Positions 11,850 to 24,649 of a DNA stretch of 64,000 bases are shown here, piece after piece; position 1 is the stretch's first letter; each line of letters opens with the position of its first letter. A program made the position numbers and the translations under genes. This DNA is from Octopus sinensis (lineage: Eukaryota). The stretch lies in NCBI RefSeq assembly GCF_006345805.1, contig NC_042999.1, positions 28,334,001 to 28,398,000 of the forward strand, written 5' to 3'. The notes below the pieces were generated by a model, which searched no databases, was not told where the DNA came from, and was given only the letters and a program-made list of their open reading frames with translations.

Positions 11850-12893
11850 GATTCGGTTGCAAGATATTTTATTAGTTGAACGAGAGCAGCCTGCGTTCAC
11901 ACGTTGATGGAATGATGTCATGAGTTTTTAAGTTACAATTTTATAACAGGCGAAAAGAAAACGATAGAAAAAATAACAGAAAAAAGGTAAGAAAAAGAGA
12001 GGAGGAAGAATATTTAATCAAACAGTTTTGTATAAATTTGATGATATTTTTCTCTCATCTTATTCATTCCTCCTGTGCGTGATGTTAACAACCTGCAAAC
12101 ATATTTCTCTTCATACATTCTGAGAAGTGAAAGTGAAGCAGATTCAGAATATCTTCTGAGAATATGCACTTTCAAGTCTTCTTCAAAATTGCAGCCGCTT
12201 GAAACGAAATTTTCAGCAAGTTCTGTCGAACTAGTGTCATTATGCTTGACGTCGAATCTGTGCTCATTAACCCTTTTGCTTAATTCTTCTGTTGTGCAAC
12301 CAACATAAATTGTGTTTCGTGCATTCTGAAGCATACACCAAATGTGAAACTTTACATGTTCCCCTTCTGTATAAACCATAACATTTCTGTTATGATTTCT
12401 GATGGAATTCACTTCACTCATGTTGTTGCACAATGAACAGGGCTTACCTCTCTTGCGGCTGTTTTTTAAGGTACAGCGTGCCTCCAATATTCGTTTTCTT
12501 GGAGTCAGATATAGAGGTCAGTAATTTTCTTATATTCTTATTCCATCTAAAGGCTACAATAGGCGGCTGAGGAAATATCTGTTTGAGACGAGGACATTTT
12601 TTCGCCACATGCTGGTAAATTTCATGCAACACTTTTGAAATGTCAGCGAAATGTCGATGCCAGTTAATCACTAAAGGAATTCTATTGTGTTTGCTAACAT
12701 TATGCGTGTAGATTTGTTAATCTTTGCTAATTTTAGCTATTTCATTTGATATTTTCTTTAATCGTGATTCACTGTAACCACGTTTGATATAATGACATAC
12801 AAAAGCATTTGCATGTTTCCAGTAATCCCCTATGTCAGTACAAACGTACTGTTGAAATATCGTTCAACTAACAAAATATCTTACAATCGAATC
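11850..12893 (-). mobile_element. 5'-truncated Penelope-like element (thumb/linker plus GIY-YIG) bounded by 33-bp inverted repeat
   Basis: HYIKRGYSES..RIPLVINWH..FPQPPIVAFRWNKNIRKLL; ORF 12014-12487 with IYVGCTTEELSKRVNEHRFDV..EEKYV..GMN; 11850-11882 is the reverse complement of 12861-12893 with 3 mismatches. Confidence 0.85.
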
Positions 12894-12910
12894 GCGCTCT
12901 TCGTCTTGAC

Positions 12911-13108
<198 letters not shown>

Positions 13109-13119
13109 GCGTAGGAGCT

Positions 13120-13430
13120 GTAGACACTTTCCAACTGTTTGTTGTATGGCCTGTTCCAATCTTTTAGTTTTTCTGTTCAGGGTTATATAAATTATGGTTT
13201 ATTTTTAATTCCCTGCATAATGTTTTGTGTTGTGTTGAATGTTATTGTTCTGTCTTTGATTAATAGATGTTTGCATTGTAGTAGTTCTTCTGTTGAGCAG
13301 CATACTAGATGTCTTTGTTGCCTTAAAATAGAAGCAAAATTACTCTGTTCATGTTGGTGGTGTGTTTAAAATCCAAAACTTCTTAAAGTGTGAATTTTCT
13401 AGCTAAAGCCTCGCTCAGACAAAAGCAGAT
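13120..13430 (-). mobile_element. Degenerate Penelope-like RT remnant
   Basis: Broken frame ..LIKDRTITFNTTQNIMQGIKNNHNL.. resembling the PLE RT FDITSLYTNI region; adjacent to PLE at 11850-12893. Confidence 0.4.
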
Positions 13431-13530
13431 GTTGCTAATCACCGTTTGAAAAAATTAAATACAAATACACGTAAAGAAACACTAGAAATTGTTTAGACTT
13501 ACGGGAGACGAATCGACGACAGGCAATCAA

Positions 13531-13595
<65 letters not shown>

Positions 13596-13596
13596 A

Positions 13597-13682
<86 letters not shown>

Positions 13683-13759
13683 TAGATAGATAGATAGATA
13701 GATAGAGATAGATAGATAGAGATAGATAGATAGATAGAATGGAAGATATTGAGGACATA

Positions 13760-15449
13760 CATTTTTGGGGTCATTTCTGCATTTTTTGCTAACATTGTAT
13801 AATCATTGTTTCCGAAAATAATAATGGCAGACCATCAGCTAACTCCAGAAATAAAGAGGCATGCTGTTATTGTTGTCATAAAGGCTGAGCATAGCGATTT
13901 GGAAATATTTCGATTTTAAAAAGTTGCCAGATCTTCCGTCTACAAAGTTTGTAAGGAGCTAGAGACTGAAAATGGAAACGTATCACCAGTGTCAAAGTAT
14001 AAAATGCATTCTAAACGCTCTGAAATCATCAGAACACCTAACCTTTTTAGAGAAGTTCAACAGACCATTGATTACACTCCCAGAAAAATAAATGAGGTCA
14101 ATTCAAAAAAGATCTCTATGTATCAGAAGGAACAGTCAGAAATGTTAGATACTTAAACGGCCAAAACGGTTTAAGAGTTGGCAGTGATGACACTAGCAAT
14201 AGCTGCAGTAATAGCTATGAAGATGAAAAGCGCAACGTGTAGAAGGAAGACAGGATCTACATTTATCTATCCTATTACGGTGAATTGATCAAAAATAAGA
14301 TATGTCACGCCTGTTAGAATCATAGCATGGGGTCACACACTCAGAAACCACCACTCTCACAAAACAGCAATATGAGCAAGTGATAACAATAACTGTCAAA
14401 ACAAGAACTTTAAGAGCAATTATAAACCAGACATTTACTCCCTAAGAACTTCCCAATGTGAATGACGAACCAACAACCTTCAATTGTGTTTAAAATTCGC
14501 ATTGTCTACCATGTAACCTTTTTCTTGTAGATGCGTACATCGGATCAAACAGAAGACAACTACAATACAGATTGAAGAAAAACACCTTCAAAGCTTCACC
14601 ACCCAATGCAGTATTTCGGCACCGCTAACATTGAAAAAGGAAGATTTCCAACAAGGTGCTATGATGAAAAATGACACGAAATTCACTTGATGCAAAAGGC
14701 GCTTAATCAAACTGAAACTTCCAGCAGAAGAAGATTTGATTTGCTTTTCGCAAACGAGAAAAACGTCGACCAAGATCAAAAAGTTATCAGAAGAAATGAC
14801 AGATAATTATGTGCAAACCTTTCTGAAGTTCCAGTTGTTATGCATACAAAATTTCCTGCAACTGTCATGGTTTTAGGGGTTGACAGCAATGAACGACATT
14901 TGATGCCCCCTTAACTCTTTCTATCAAGCCTCATAGTGAAATCTGCCGTCTACAATGAAGTCCTGAAACGATTGTTAAGTCCTGGATAGACAGTGTATAG
15001 AAAAGGAGGCCACATGTATTTCAGTAAGACTCTGCACTATTACACATGGCTCTAGTAACACAGGAGGGGATGGCTGAAGATTTTCATGATCATATAACCC
15101 CCAGCATTTGGCTTTCTAATTGACCAAATCTTAATCCATTGGACATGTGGAGCGTTGCTGAGAGAGAGGTCAGTGAACATGCCCATAACACCAAAGATTC
15201 ATTGAAAGCTACCATAGTCAGAGAAATGTCCAAAATGAACCAGGACCACTTGATTCGAGCATGTAGATGATTTAGATCTCATATAGAAGCAGTTGTTGAA
15301 GCTGAAGGTTGCTTTATTGAATAACATTATAGAAAAGGTTTATTTTTAATCTCATAGCATTTTTTCATAAAGTTATTATCTGTGATTATATATCTGTATT
15401 TTGTTTTTATAAATATAAATCGGTTATCAAATATATTACGCACCCTGTA
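13760..15449 (+). mobile_element. Tc1/mariner maT (Bmmar1/DD37D-like) transposon, degenerate, interrupted at 14144-14661
   Basis: ATG 13824 [27 protein letters not shown] (HTH); after the insert FANEKNVDQDQKV..VMVLG..VFQ*DSA..W...PNLNPLD..EAEGCFIE* (stop 15322-15324); right TIR end caccctg-TA at 15441-15449; left TIR not found. Confidence 0.85.
14144..14661 (+). repeat. Inverted duplicate of 15693-16238 inserted in the transposase
   Basis: High identity to the reverse complement of 15693-16238 apart from a ~28-bp deletion; encodes IVYHVT..DAYIGSNRRQLQYRL (GIY-YIG remnant). Confidence 0.9.
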
Positions 15450-15599
15450 TATAGCATATAACCCAGACTGAGTCTTGTTGCTAGATGTACTTTTATAGTT
15501 CACTTCATTGCAATTACCTTCTGACACACGATGTTTCTTCAGTCTTTTTTTTTTATATAAACTTTAATTGATACTGATTGATATTCATGGTAACACAAA

Positions 15600-16300
15600 A
15601 TATGCTTCCATGCATCCACTTCGCTTCGGCTGTTGAAATTTGGTGTCTTTTTCTGACGCTATGCAGCGTTTGATGATATTCATCTCTCTTGCTAGTACCT
15701 TGTTGGAAATCTTCCTTTTTCAATGTTAGCGGTGCCGAAATACTGCATTGGGTGGTGAAGCTTTAAAGGAGTTTTTCTTCAATCTGTATTGTAGTTGTCT
15801 TCTGTTTGATCCGATGTACGCATCTACAAGAAAAGGCTACATGGTAGACAATGCGAATTTTAAACACAATTGAAGGTTGTTGGTTCGTTCATTCACATTG
15901 GGAAGTTCTTAGGGAGTAAATGTCTGGTTTATAATTGCTCTTAAAGTTCTTGTTTTGACAGTTATTGTTATCACTTGCTCATATTGCTGTTTTGTGAGAG
16001 CGGTGGTTTCTGAGTATGTGACCCCATGCTATGATTCTAACAGGCGTGCCATATCATATTTTTGATCATTTCTCCGTAATAGGATAGATAAATGTAGATC
16101 CTGTCTTCCTTCTCAGGTTTCCTCTTCTTCCATTTCTTCAATGTCGTTGCTCTTTTCATCTTCATAGCTATTACTGCAGCTGTTGCTAGTGTCATCACTG
16201 CCAACTCTTAAACCGTTTTGGCCGTTTAAGTATCTAACTGCGGATTTGGCCTCCAGCACACAGCTATTGTTGTTGCTGGCTGATCTCGACAACGGCATTT
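15600..16300 (-). mobile_element. Penelope-like GIY-YIG remnant preceded by an acidic segment; donor of the 14144-14661 duplicate
   Basis: DAYIGSNRRQLQYR and C-terminal ..KTPNFNSRSEV in broken frames; extends beyond both breakpoints of the duplicate. Confidence 0.7.
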
Positions 16301-16409
16301 AACCCCTGAAACATTACCCTTTCTATACTAAAACCATGTTACTGGAAATAGACAAACGCATTAAACACACATACATATAACACAAGCACACAAAGACATA
16401 CACACATAT

Positions 16410-16795
16410 TGGAAGCACTCCGTCGGTTACGACGACGAGGGTTCCGGTTGATCCGAATCAACGGAACAGCCTGCTCGTGAAATTAACGTGTAAGTGGCTG
16501 AGCACTCCACAGACACGTGCACCCTTAACGCAGTTCTCGGGGATATTCAGCGGGACACAGAGAGTGACAAGGCCGGCCCTTTGAAATACAGGTACAACAG
16601 AAACAGGAAGTAAGAGTGAGAGAAAGTTGTGGTGAAAGAGTACAGCAGGGATCACCACCATCCCCTGCCGGAGCCTCGTGGAGCTTTTAGGTGTTTTTGC
16701 TCAATAAACACTTACAACGCCCGGTCTGGGAATCGAAACCGCGATCCTATGACCGCGAGTCCGCTGCCCTAACCACTGGGCCATTGCGCCTCCAC
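16410..16795 (-). mobile_element. SINE family B, full length
   Basis: Reverse complement of 6546-6917; flanked by acacatat-like TSD. Confidence 0.95.
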
Positions 16796-17295
16796 ACACA
16801 TATATGTGCACACACACACACACGTATAATACAATCCGCAATGAAACTGCGGAACTACTGGTAAGTTGAAAGTGTGCAGGCTCACCTCTCTATTTCCTGT
16901 AGGAAATGACTGGAAACAGGCTTATATTCGGCATATCTTTGGAGCTAAATTGCAATTTATTAGTATTAAGAACTACCCTAATCACCGGACGAATCACCAC
17001 TTTATATTTCGTGGGTCTCCAAATACTAATTAGATAAAACTAGCACCTGCTTATTTGTGACAGTTACAGGAATTCCACGTATACTTAGGTGCACGAATGC
17101 AAAAGAGGTCAGAATGGTATAGATATGTCTTCTCATCTAGCCTCAGTATTGCTCTCTACAATGGAAGAGTGTTCTTCTCAGAAAGTACCGAACTTGCTCT
17201 GGTCCCCAGCCGACAGCAAATTAACAGAAAGTACCGCTGCACAAGCTGAATGTGAAACAGCATAAATGTAATATATATATAAACATTTATATAAG

Positions 17296-17526
17296 ACAGC
17301 GAGCTGGCAGAAACGTTAGCACGCCGGGTGAAATGCTAAGCGGGGTTTCGTCTGCCGCTACGTTCTGAGTTCAAATTCCACCGAGGTCGACTTTGCCTTT
17401 CATTATTTTCGGGGTCGATTAAATAAGTACCTGTTACGCAGTGGGGTCGATATAATCGACTTAATACGTTTGTCTGTCCTTGTTTGTCCCCTCTGTGTTT
17501 AGCTCCTTGTGGGTAGTAAAGAAATA
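17296..17526 (+). mobile_element. tRNA-derived SINE (family C)
   Basis: gcgagctggcagaaacgttagcacgccgg..ctgagttcaaattcc (B-box)..gtaaagaaata tail; many copies in window. Confidence 0.9.
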
Positions 17527-18624
17527 TATATATAAATATTTGTGTGTACGTGTGCGTGGGCATTATATAATACGTTCTGAGGTACTCTCTTTGAGAGCGT
17601 ATAGATCATCACATCAACAATATCAAAGCCCATTGTTGCAAACAGAAACAAACACACATATGCAAGCAAATTCACAATCACAAAAACATGCAAACGCACC
17701 CACATATGTACATAGATATATTGTGTTGTAAAGACTAGTATTATCTTTATTGTCAAGAGCTTTATATTTTTGTGTCCAGTTTTTGCAGTTTCTTTGGAAC
17801 AAAAATTCTACTTAACTCCTCGCCTATTTATGTAGACGTTCTTGGTTCCTTTGAATAAGTCATGATGAGAGGCCTTCGTAGTAGGTGAAATAAAAGGGAT
17901 TTGTGTAACCATTATTTTCGGATTTGAGATTGCATCTTTAGATTTACAGTACCTCACATAATTGGTTACTGTAGTAATTTATTTATATTCACATTGGACT
18001 TAAATCTATCAGTGTTCTCTTACAATTATCAGTGTTTTATCATAAATCATTGCAGTTTCAAAAACATTTTTATTGCTATGATTCTTAACACCTGGGTCAC
18101 ACACAATTAAATAGAACTTAAACGCCGTTCTAATGTTGATAATCCTATTTTACTTTCACAGAAACATTTTATGGAATGTGTCCTTATTCTTGCTTCGATG
18201 AATAGCGTGTGATTCAAAAGAGATTCCTAAAAGATTAAGTGAACTTGTAACGGCTTCTCTATGTCTATTATGAATGCATTGAATCTCTTGTATGATAGTT
18301 CATGATCTACATGGGATCCCCATTCCTGAGAATGCTAATAAACCTCGTATATTTGATCAAGATATCCACCACAAAATGGATTAAAGTACAGAGCTATCAA
18401 ATACAAAAATATATTATACCGAAAGAAAAAAAAATACCGTAAGAAAATGAGAACTGACATAAACTAAAGCAACGTCTGTGCAGAAGTGGGACAAGAGGAA
18501 GACTTGCAATCGTCAAATCTGTGTAGCGATGATCAGACTGAAATTAATACGGTTTAAATAGACTATATATGGTTTGTCTTATATCATGATGTTACTGGGT
18601 GTTGTTATACATACATATATACTT

Positions 18625-19019
18625 CACCGAGCGAAATGCTTAGCGGTATTTCGTCTGCCACTACGTTCTGAGTTCAAATTCCGCCGAGGTCAACTTCGCC
18701 TTTCATGCTTGCGGGGTCGATTAAATAAGTACCAGTTACGCACTGGGGTCGATATAATCGACTTAATCCGTTTGTCTGTCCTTGTTTATCCCCTCTGTGT
18801 TTAGCCCCTTGTGGGTAGTAAAGAAATAGGTATTTCGTCTGCCGTTACGTTCTGAGTTGAAATTCCGCCGGGATCGACTTTGCCTTTCATCCTTTCGGGG
18901 TCGATTAAACAAGTACCAGTTACGCACTGGGGTCGATATAATCGACTTAATCCTTTTGTCTGTCCTTGTTTGTCCCCTCTATGTTTAGCCCCTTGTGGGC
19001 AGTAAAGAAATAAGAAATA
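18625..19019 (+). mobile_element. Head-to-tail dimer of SINE family C
   Basis: First copy ends aaagaaatag (18829); the second, 5'-truncated copy starts gtatttcgtctgcc at 18830. Confidence 0.9.
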
Positions 19020-19692
19020 CTTACACACAAACACACATATATATGTATATGTATATATATAGATGCATACACACACACACACATATATATATATATATTG
19101 GCTATTTAAATAGCTCTCCAGAGAAATCACGAAGAGCGCTTTTCTGAGAAATCATTTTTTCTATTGAGAGAGTCAACCTCTTTTCCCGACTTATTAATTA
19201 ACTCACCGGTTCAAATTCTACTCATCAATTTGCATAGAATTGTCAATTTATTTGTGAAACATTTTATATTGATTACTTTGTCTATTTTAATATCTATCCA
19301 TTTATTTAGCTATTCTGTGTCAACAAATTAGTAATAATCTTGTATCTGATTCACAAAGTATCAGGCAATAATATCCGGGTGACTTACCATTAGTAACTTA
19401 GGAACGCCCTATATTTTTATTGCTAAAATAATATTTTGTTAGCAAATAAATTCCGGTATTTAAAAGAATGAGGTACTAATTTTGCGGGGTAAATGGAACC
19501 AAACATTTTCGGGGTAAATTGCAAATCAAACATCACAGAGACAAAAAAAAAAGAAAAATAAACGCAGGCGAGTCTCATTTTGAATAACATCATCATGAAG
19601 TTATGTTGTGTCTGAGGAGAGTCATATTGTCTTAATGCCCTGTTATCTAACACACAAACATCGGTTCCATTTCCTCTGATTTAGTGTTTATA

Positions 19693-20089
19693 GTGGAGGC
19701 GCAATGGCCCAGTGGTTAGGGCAGCGGACTCGCGGTCATAGGATCGCGGTTTCGATTCCCAGACCGGGCGTTGTGAGTGTTTATTGAGCGAAAAACACCT
19801 AAAAAGCTCAACGATGCTCCGGCAGGGGATGGTGGTGATCCCTGCTGTACTCTTTCACCACAACTTTCTCTCACTCTTACTTCCTGTTTCTGTTGTACCT
19901 ATATTTCAAGGAGCCGACCTTGTCACTCTCTGTGTCACGCTGAATATCCCCGAGAACTACGTTAAGGGTGCACGTGTCTGTGGAGTGCTCAGCCACTTAC
20001 ACGTTAATTTCACGAGCAGGCTGTTCCGTTGATTCGGATCAACCGGAACCCTCATCGTCGTAACCGACGGAGTGCTAAAACAAAAAAAA
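19693..20089 (+). mobile_element. SINE family B, full length with A-rich tail
   Basis: Near identical to 6546-6917 and 23858-24240. Confidence 0.95.
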
Positions 20090-21423
20090 TGTATTTATAA
20101 TGTTTCTTCCAAAATTCTCGTCCTTTGCAACCTTGTCAGAGGATGTTGATTCTGTCCGTTATTGGAGCTGTGTTCTTATTTGTCTGCTTGTGCGCATATG
20201 TGTGAAACAGCGTGCATATGTACTTGTATACGCACATATGTATGTATATATGTATGCATGTATGTATGTGTGTATACATATATGTATGTATGCTGGTGTG
20301 TACGTATGTATGCATTCTGCATATTCATGTGTTTGTGTGTGCATGATTGTGTGTTTGTATGTATGTGTGTATTTGTATGAATCTATGTCTATGGGTTTGT
20401 GTGACTATGTATGTGCGTCTCTTATGTTTGGATTTTCTATGATATATCAATAATTAATATTTCAATTCTAAAGGATGCAAAACATCTCTAACGGAAAGAT
20501 TAAAGACAATTATCCATTACCACTAACTGTTTTAATGGTTAACCATTTTGAAGTTTTTCATCATACATAACTTAATTTGAATCCAAGTTTCTTTTCGTGT
20601 ACAATATTAGTCATACGAGGATGTATCATAAAGTTGCCAGGTTAGTTACATTTCATAAATAAACAAAACAAAAACTCATTTACTTAAGTTTTAAAATCCT
20701 CTCCGTCGAAATACTTACCTTGCGCAGCAATACACCGGCTCCAGCTTTGTTGCCACTTTGAAATCTGGCATGGAACTTGTTTTCCGTAAGCGAGTCCAGG
20801 ATCTTCTGCGAATGGCTCTTGATCTCATCAACGTTGCTAAAACGGCGGCCTTTGAACTGTATTTTCAACTTGGGGAAGAGATGGAAGTCCGCAAGTGCTA
20901 AAGCTGGTGAATAGGATGGGTGAAGAAGCGACACCATGTTGCTTTTTGAGAGAAGCTCACGAATGAGGAGGGCTCGGTGACAGAGCGCATTGTCGTTGTG
21001 AAGAATCCAATACTCGATCCACAATACTGTGAATGCCGGAAAAAGGATGAACATGCCCTTGATTGAGCTGCGGCTGTTTCGTGCCTTCGGTCGTGGAGAT
21101 GAAAGGATTTTCCAAAGTGACGAATGCTGCTTCATCCATGGGTCGTACCCGTAGGCCCAACTCTCGTCATCGGTGATGACCCTCGACATGAAAGATGGGG
21201 CTCCAGTGGCAGCCTGAAGGAGATCTTAAAAGACTTTGACACAATGTTCCTTCTGCTCAGTGTTCAGAAATGTGCGGGGAAAATCTTGGTAGAGACGTGA
21301 CGCATGTTTTGTTGTGACGTCAGCATTGCATGCATGGACCCATACGACAGATCAAAAGCATGAGCAATGTCTATGATTGTCTCCCAACGATCCTCATGCA
21401 CAAGCTGATGAAGTTTCTCCACA

Positions 21424-21659
21424 TTTCTTACTTCTTTATTGCCCACAAGGAACTAAACATAGAGGGAACAAACAAGGACAGACACAGGGATTAAGTCGAT
21501 TACATTGACCCCAGTGCGTAACTGGTAGTTAATTTATCGACCCCGAAAGGTTGAAAGGCAAAGTCGACCTCGGTGGAATTTGAACTCAGAACGTAACGGC
21601 AGACGAAATACCGCTAAGCATTTCGCCTGGCATCCTAACGTTTCTGCCAGCTCGCCGCC
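21424..21659 (-). mobile_element. SINE family C nested in mariner
   Basis: Reverse complement of family C from ggcggcgagctggcag to aataaagaagtaagaaat. Confidence 0.9.
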
Positions 21660-21667
21660 TTATTTTG

Positions 21668-21779
21668 CTTGGAGCTTAGGTGTTTCGCTCATAAAAAAAC
21701 ACATCGCCCGGTCTGAGATTTGAACCCGCGATCCCTCGACTGCGAGTCCACTGCTCTAACCACCAGGCCATGTGCCTCT
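21668..21779 (-). mobile_element. Head portion of an older family-B-related SINE nested in mariner
   Basis: Minus: gaggcacatggcctggtggttagagcagtggactcgcag..gggttcaaatctcagaccgggcg..gagcgaaacacctaagctcc. Confidence 0.8.
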
Positions 21780-23857
21780 GGGGGTGAGGCACGTGACAGC
21801 TCTTCCAGATCGGTCATTGTCTTCTAGGGACGTCCTTTCGCTTTTGAAGCGCCCATGCCACTCGAAACATTGCGTACGGCTAATTGTCTTGTCGCCGTAA
21901 GTTTGCCGAAGCATGCTCAATGTCTCTAAAGTAGACTTCCCAAGTTTAACTCAAAATCTCACGTTCAATTTCTGTGCCCTTTCCTTGCTCATGACAAAAT
22001 CGCAGACTACAGCATACACCTAATCAGGAAAACACAAATTTCACAACTTGCGAATTAAGCAGAGCAACGTCCTTCGGTACACTACCACATGAAGGTCACT
22101 GCTAGCTCTCATTGCGCACGCATCAGTGTGCTGCCATGTGTTGGCGCGCTACAAAACTAGTCTCGTAAACTTTTGATACCATCTCATACATTGTCTGAAA
22201 ACTGTGTGAGATAATGCTACACGGTTTTGAAACTATTAGTTTCGATACGCATAGATGTTGAATATATCAATGTTTGGATATTTTGTGGAACACTTGTACA
22301 TTCTAATTTTGTTAGTATAATTTTCTTCACAATACGTATTTACATATAGCCAGCAAATATTGCAGAACAAAATATTCAGTAACTGTATGCTCATTATACT
22401 TTGGAAACGAAATTCGCTTCAGTACGCAGTTACTTGATTTTTCATCTATAAGTATTCGTGTATTGATTTTCCTTGACAGCAGTTACTGACTGTTTACTCA
22501 ACACTGTATTCACTGTTTACAAATTTGCTGTGGCTCCTTCATGATAAATGCCGTCCAGTTCACATTGACTTAGTCATTGATATTCAAGAATGACTTTCCA
22601 TTTCACACAATATGTCAAGAAGCTAACCTTCTTTTTGACAATGATGTGAGATTCATCTGCCCGAGTTGATAAGTTTACAATTTAAATATAGTCATTGACG
22701 CTGCACTCAGTCTCGAGACAATTAACTCTTTTTAGATTAATCAGTTTATGAGTAGCAGTAATAGTAGTTTCTGTTTAACTCTATATCGCTTCAGATTTCC
22801 AATGGTAATAAAAGTTTCAACTGTGGCAATTACATCCTGGAAATAAATATTTAATAATTCAATAATCCAATAAGGTTTTTGATGTAATCAATTTAAAAAT
22901 TGATCGATGTGATTAAAGATGTATAACTGTTTTCTCTGGTTTTTCAAACGACCATGGCAGTCTCCATTTTCAGACTCATCCAATGTCCAATAAAGTTTTT
23001 CGTATATTTTCAGCTCCGAATCATCGCTATTGAAATAAGCAACAAACAAATGTATTGCAACTATGATCATTCCATCCTTCCATATTTTCATACAGTAGGG
23101 GATGTTTTCTAGAGCTTCTGGAGCTATAGGTGTGGGCTGAAATAAATATATACAGAGAATATCTGTGTCTGGCTGAGTGGGAATATGTTATCGTGATGAA
23201 TGTTGTTTGTCGTTTTAACAGATAAATTCTACAACTTAATAGCTAGATGTGAAATCTACATAACTGTCTTAAAGGAAATCTGCTAATAGGATTATAAAAT
23301 CTTGATATCTATACGATGAGGACAGAGGCTATAAAATCTTGTTGCAAGCATCAGATTTAACAACCAAATGAAATATTATCAGTTAACACATCTATACAAA
23401 ATATCGTACCCTTGACCAATTCATTACTTGACACTCTTTTGTTTATGATATGTAAAGTTGCTCATATGAACACGTCCTTCGCGGTAGGTAAATATGCAGT
23501 ATTTTACTTCTTAATTTTTCGGTTCGATTGGATTGACGTGTAATATTGTAAGCAGTTTTGTAAAGACGTATTCAGCATGTGTTATTCCGCACAGGAACTG
23601 TAATTATTAGTTTTATGAATTATTGCAATATGTTGCAAAGTTTACTGTATTATATTCTACATGAAACAATTGTAAATTGAAGTAGTAAAATAATTAATAG
23701 ATCCAACTTAGGCAAAGTACAAAAGTTTTTACTCTCTAAAAGATCAATTTATACGTAAACATTCATCGTCTGAAAGTCTCCACCTGTTGCTTTCTCTTGA
23801 TTGCATCTATACATATACATATATTTTGTGTTTCATACGAAAACTACTATATTTAAT

Positions 23858-24240
23858 GCAGGCGCAATGGCCCAGTGGTTAGGGCAGCGGACTCGCGGTC
23901 ATAGGATCGCGGTTTCGATTCCCAGACCGGGCGTTGTGAATGTTTATTGAGCGAAAACACCTAAACGCTCCACGAGGCTCCGGCAGGGGATGGTGGTGAT
24001 CCCTGCTGTACTCTTTCACCACAACTTTCTCTCACTCTTACGTCCTGTTTCTGTTGTACCTGTATTTCAAGGGGCCGGCCTTGTCACTCTCTGTGTCACG
24101 CTGAATATCCCCGAGAACTACGTTAAGGGTGCACGTGTCTGTAGAGTGCTCAGCCACTTACACGTTAATTTCTCGAGCAGGCTGTTCCGTTGATTCGGAT
24201 CAACCGGAACCCTCATCGTCGTAACCGACGGAGTACTTCC
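23858..24240 (+). mobile_element. SINE family B, full length, 12-bp TSD
   Basis: TSD actatatttaat at 23846-23857 and 24241-24252. Confidence 0.95.
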
Positions 24241-24480
24241 ACTATATTTAATATATATATTATATGTTTATCCTCACAATTCGGTCTATATCTGCACAAT
24301 TTACTCCCTCGTATAGCCATTCGTTAAATTGATCCACTATGAATACATCGGAGTCTAAGTTCGAATCATTTGAGCACTACTAAATGCCTTCTATGCTACG
24401 GATATCTGGATTTCATCATGGACTATATACATACATACATACATACATACATACATACATACATACATACATACATACGT

Positions 24481-24630
<150 letters not shown>

Positions 24631-24649
24631 TATATATATGTTGATTCGC

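Larger units (their letters stand above)
20616..22186 (-). mobile_element. Mariner (DD34D) transposon, full span with diverged TIRs and TA TSD, degenerate, containing two nested SINEs
   Basis: VITDDESWAYGYDP, WILHNDNA, HPSYSPALALADFHLFPKLK; TIRs cgaggatgtatcataaagttgccaggttagt versus reverse complement of actagtctcgtaaacttttgataccatctca; TA at 20614-20615 and 22187-22188. Confidence 0.9.

Noticed and set aside
11890-11935. ctcatga...gaacgc resembling a decayed hammerhead in the Penelope 3' end
   Set aside because: Core and GAAA both altered and no clear stems.
22888-23091. 67-aa ORF with hydrophobic N-terminus
   Set aside because: No recognisable domain or supporting neighbouring exons.
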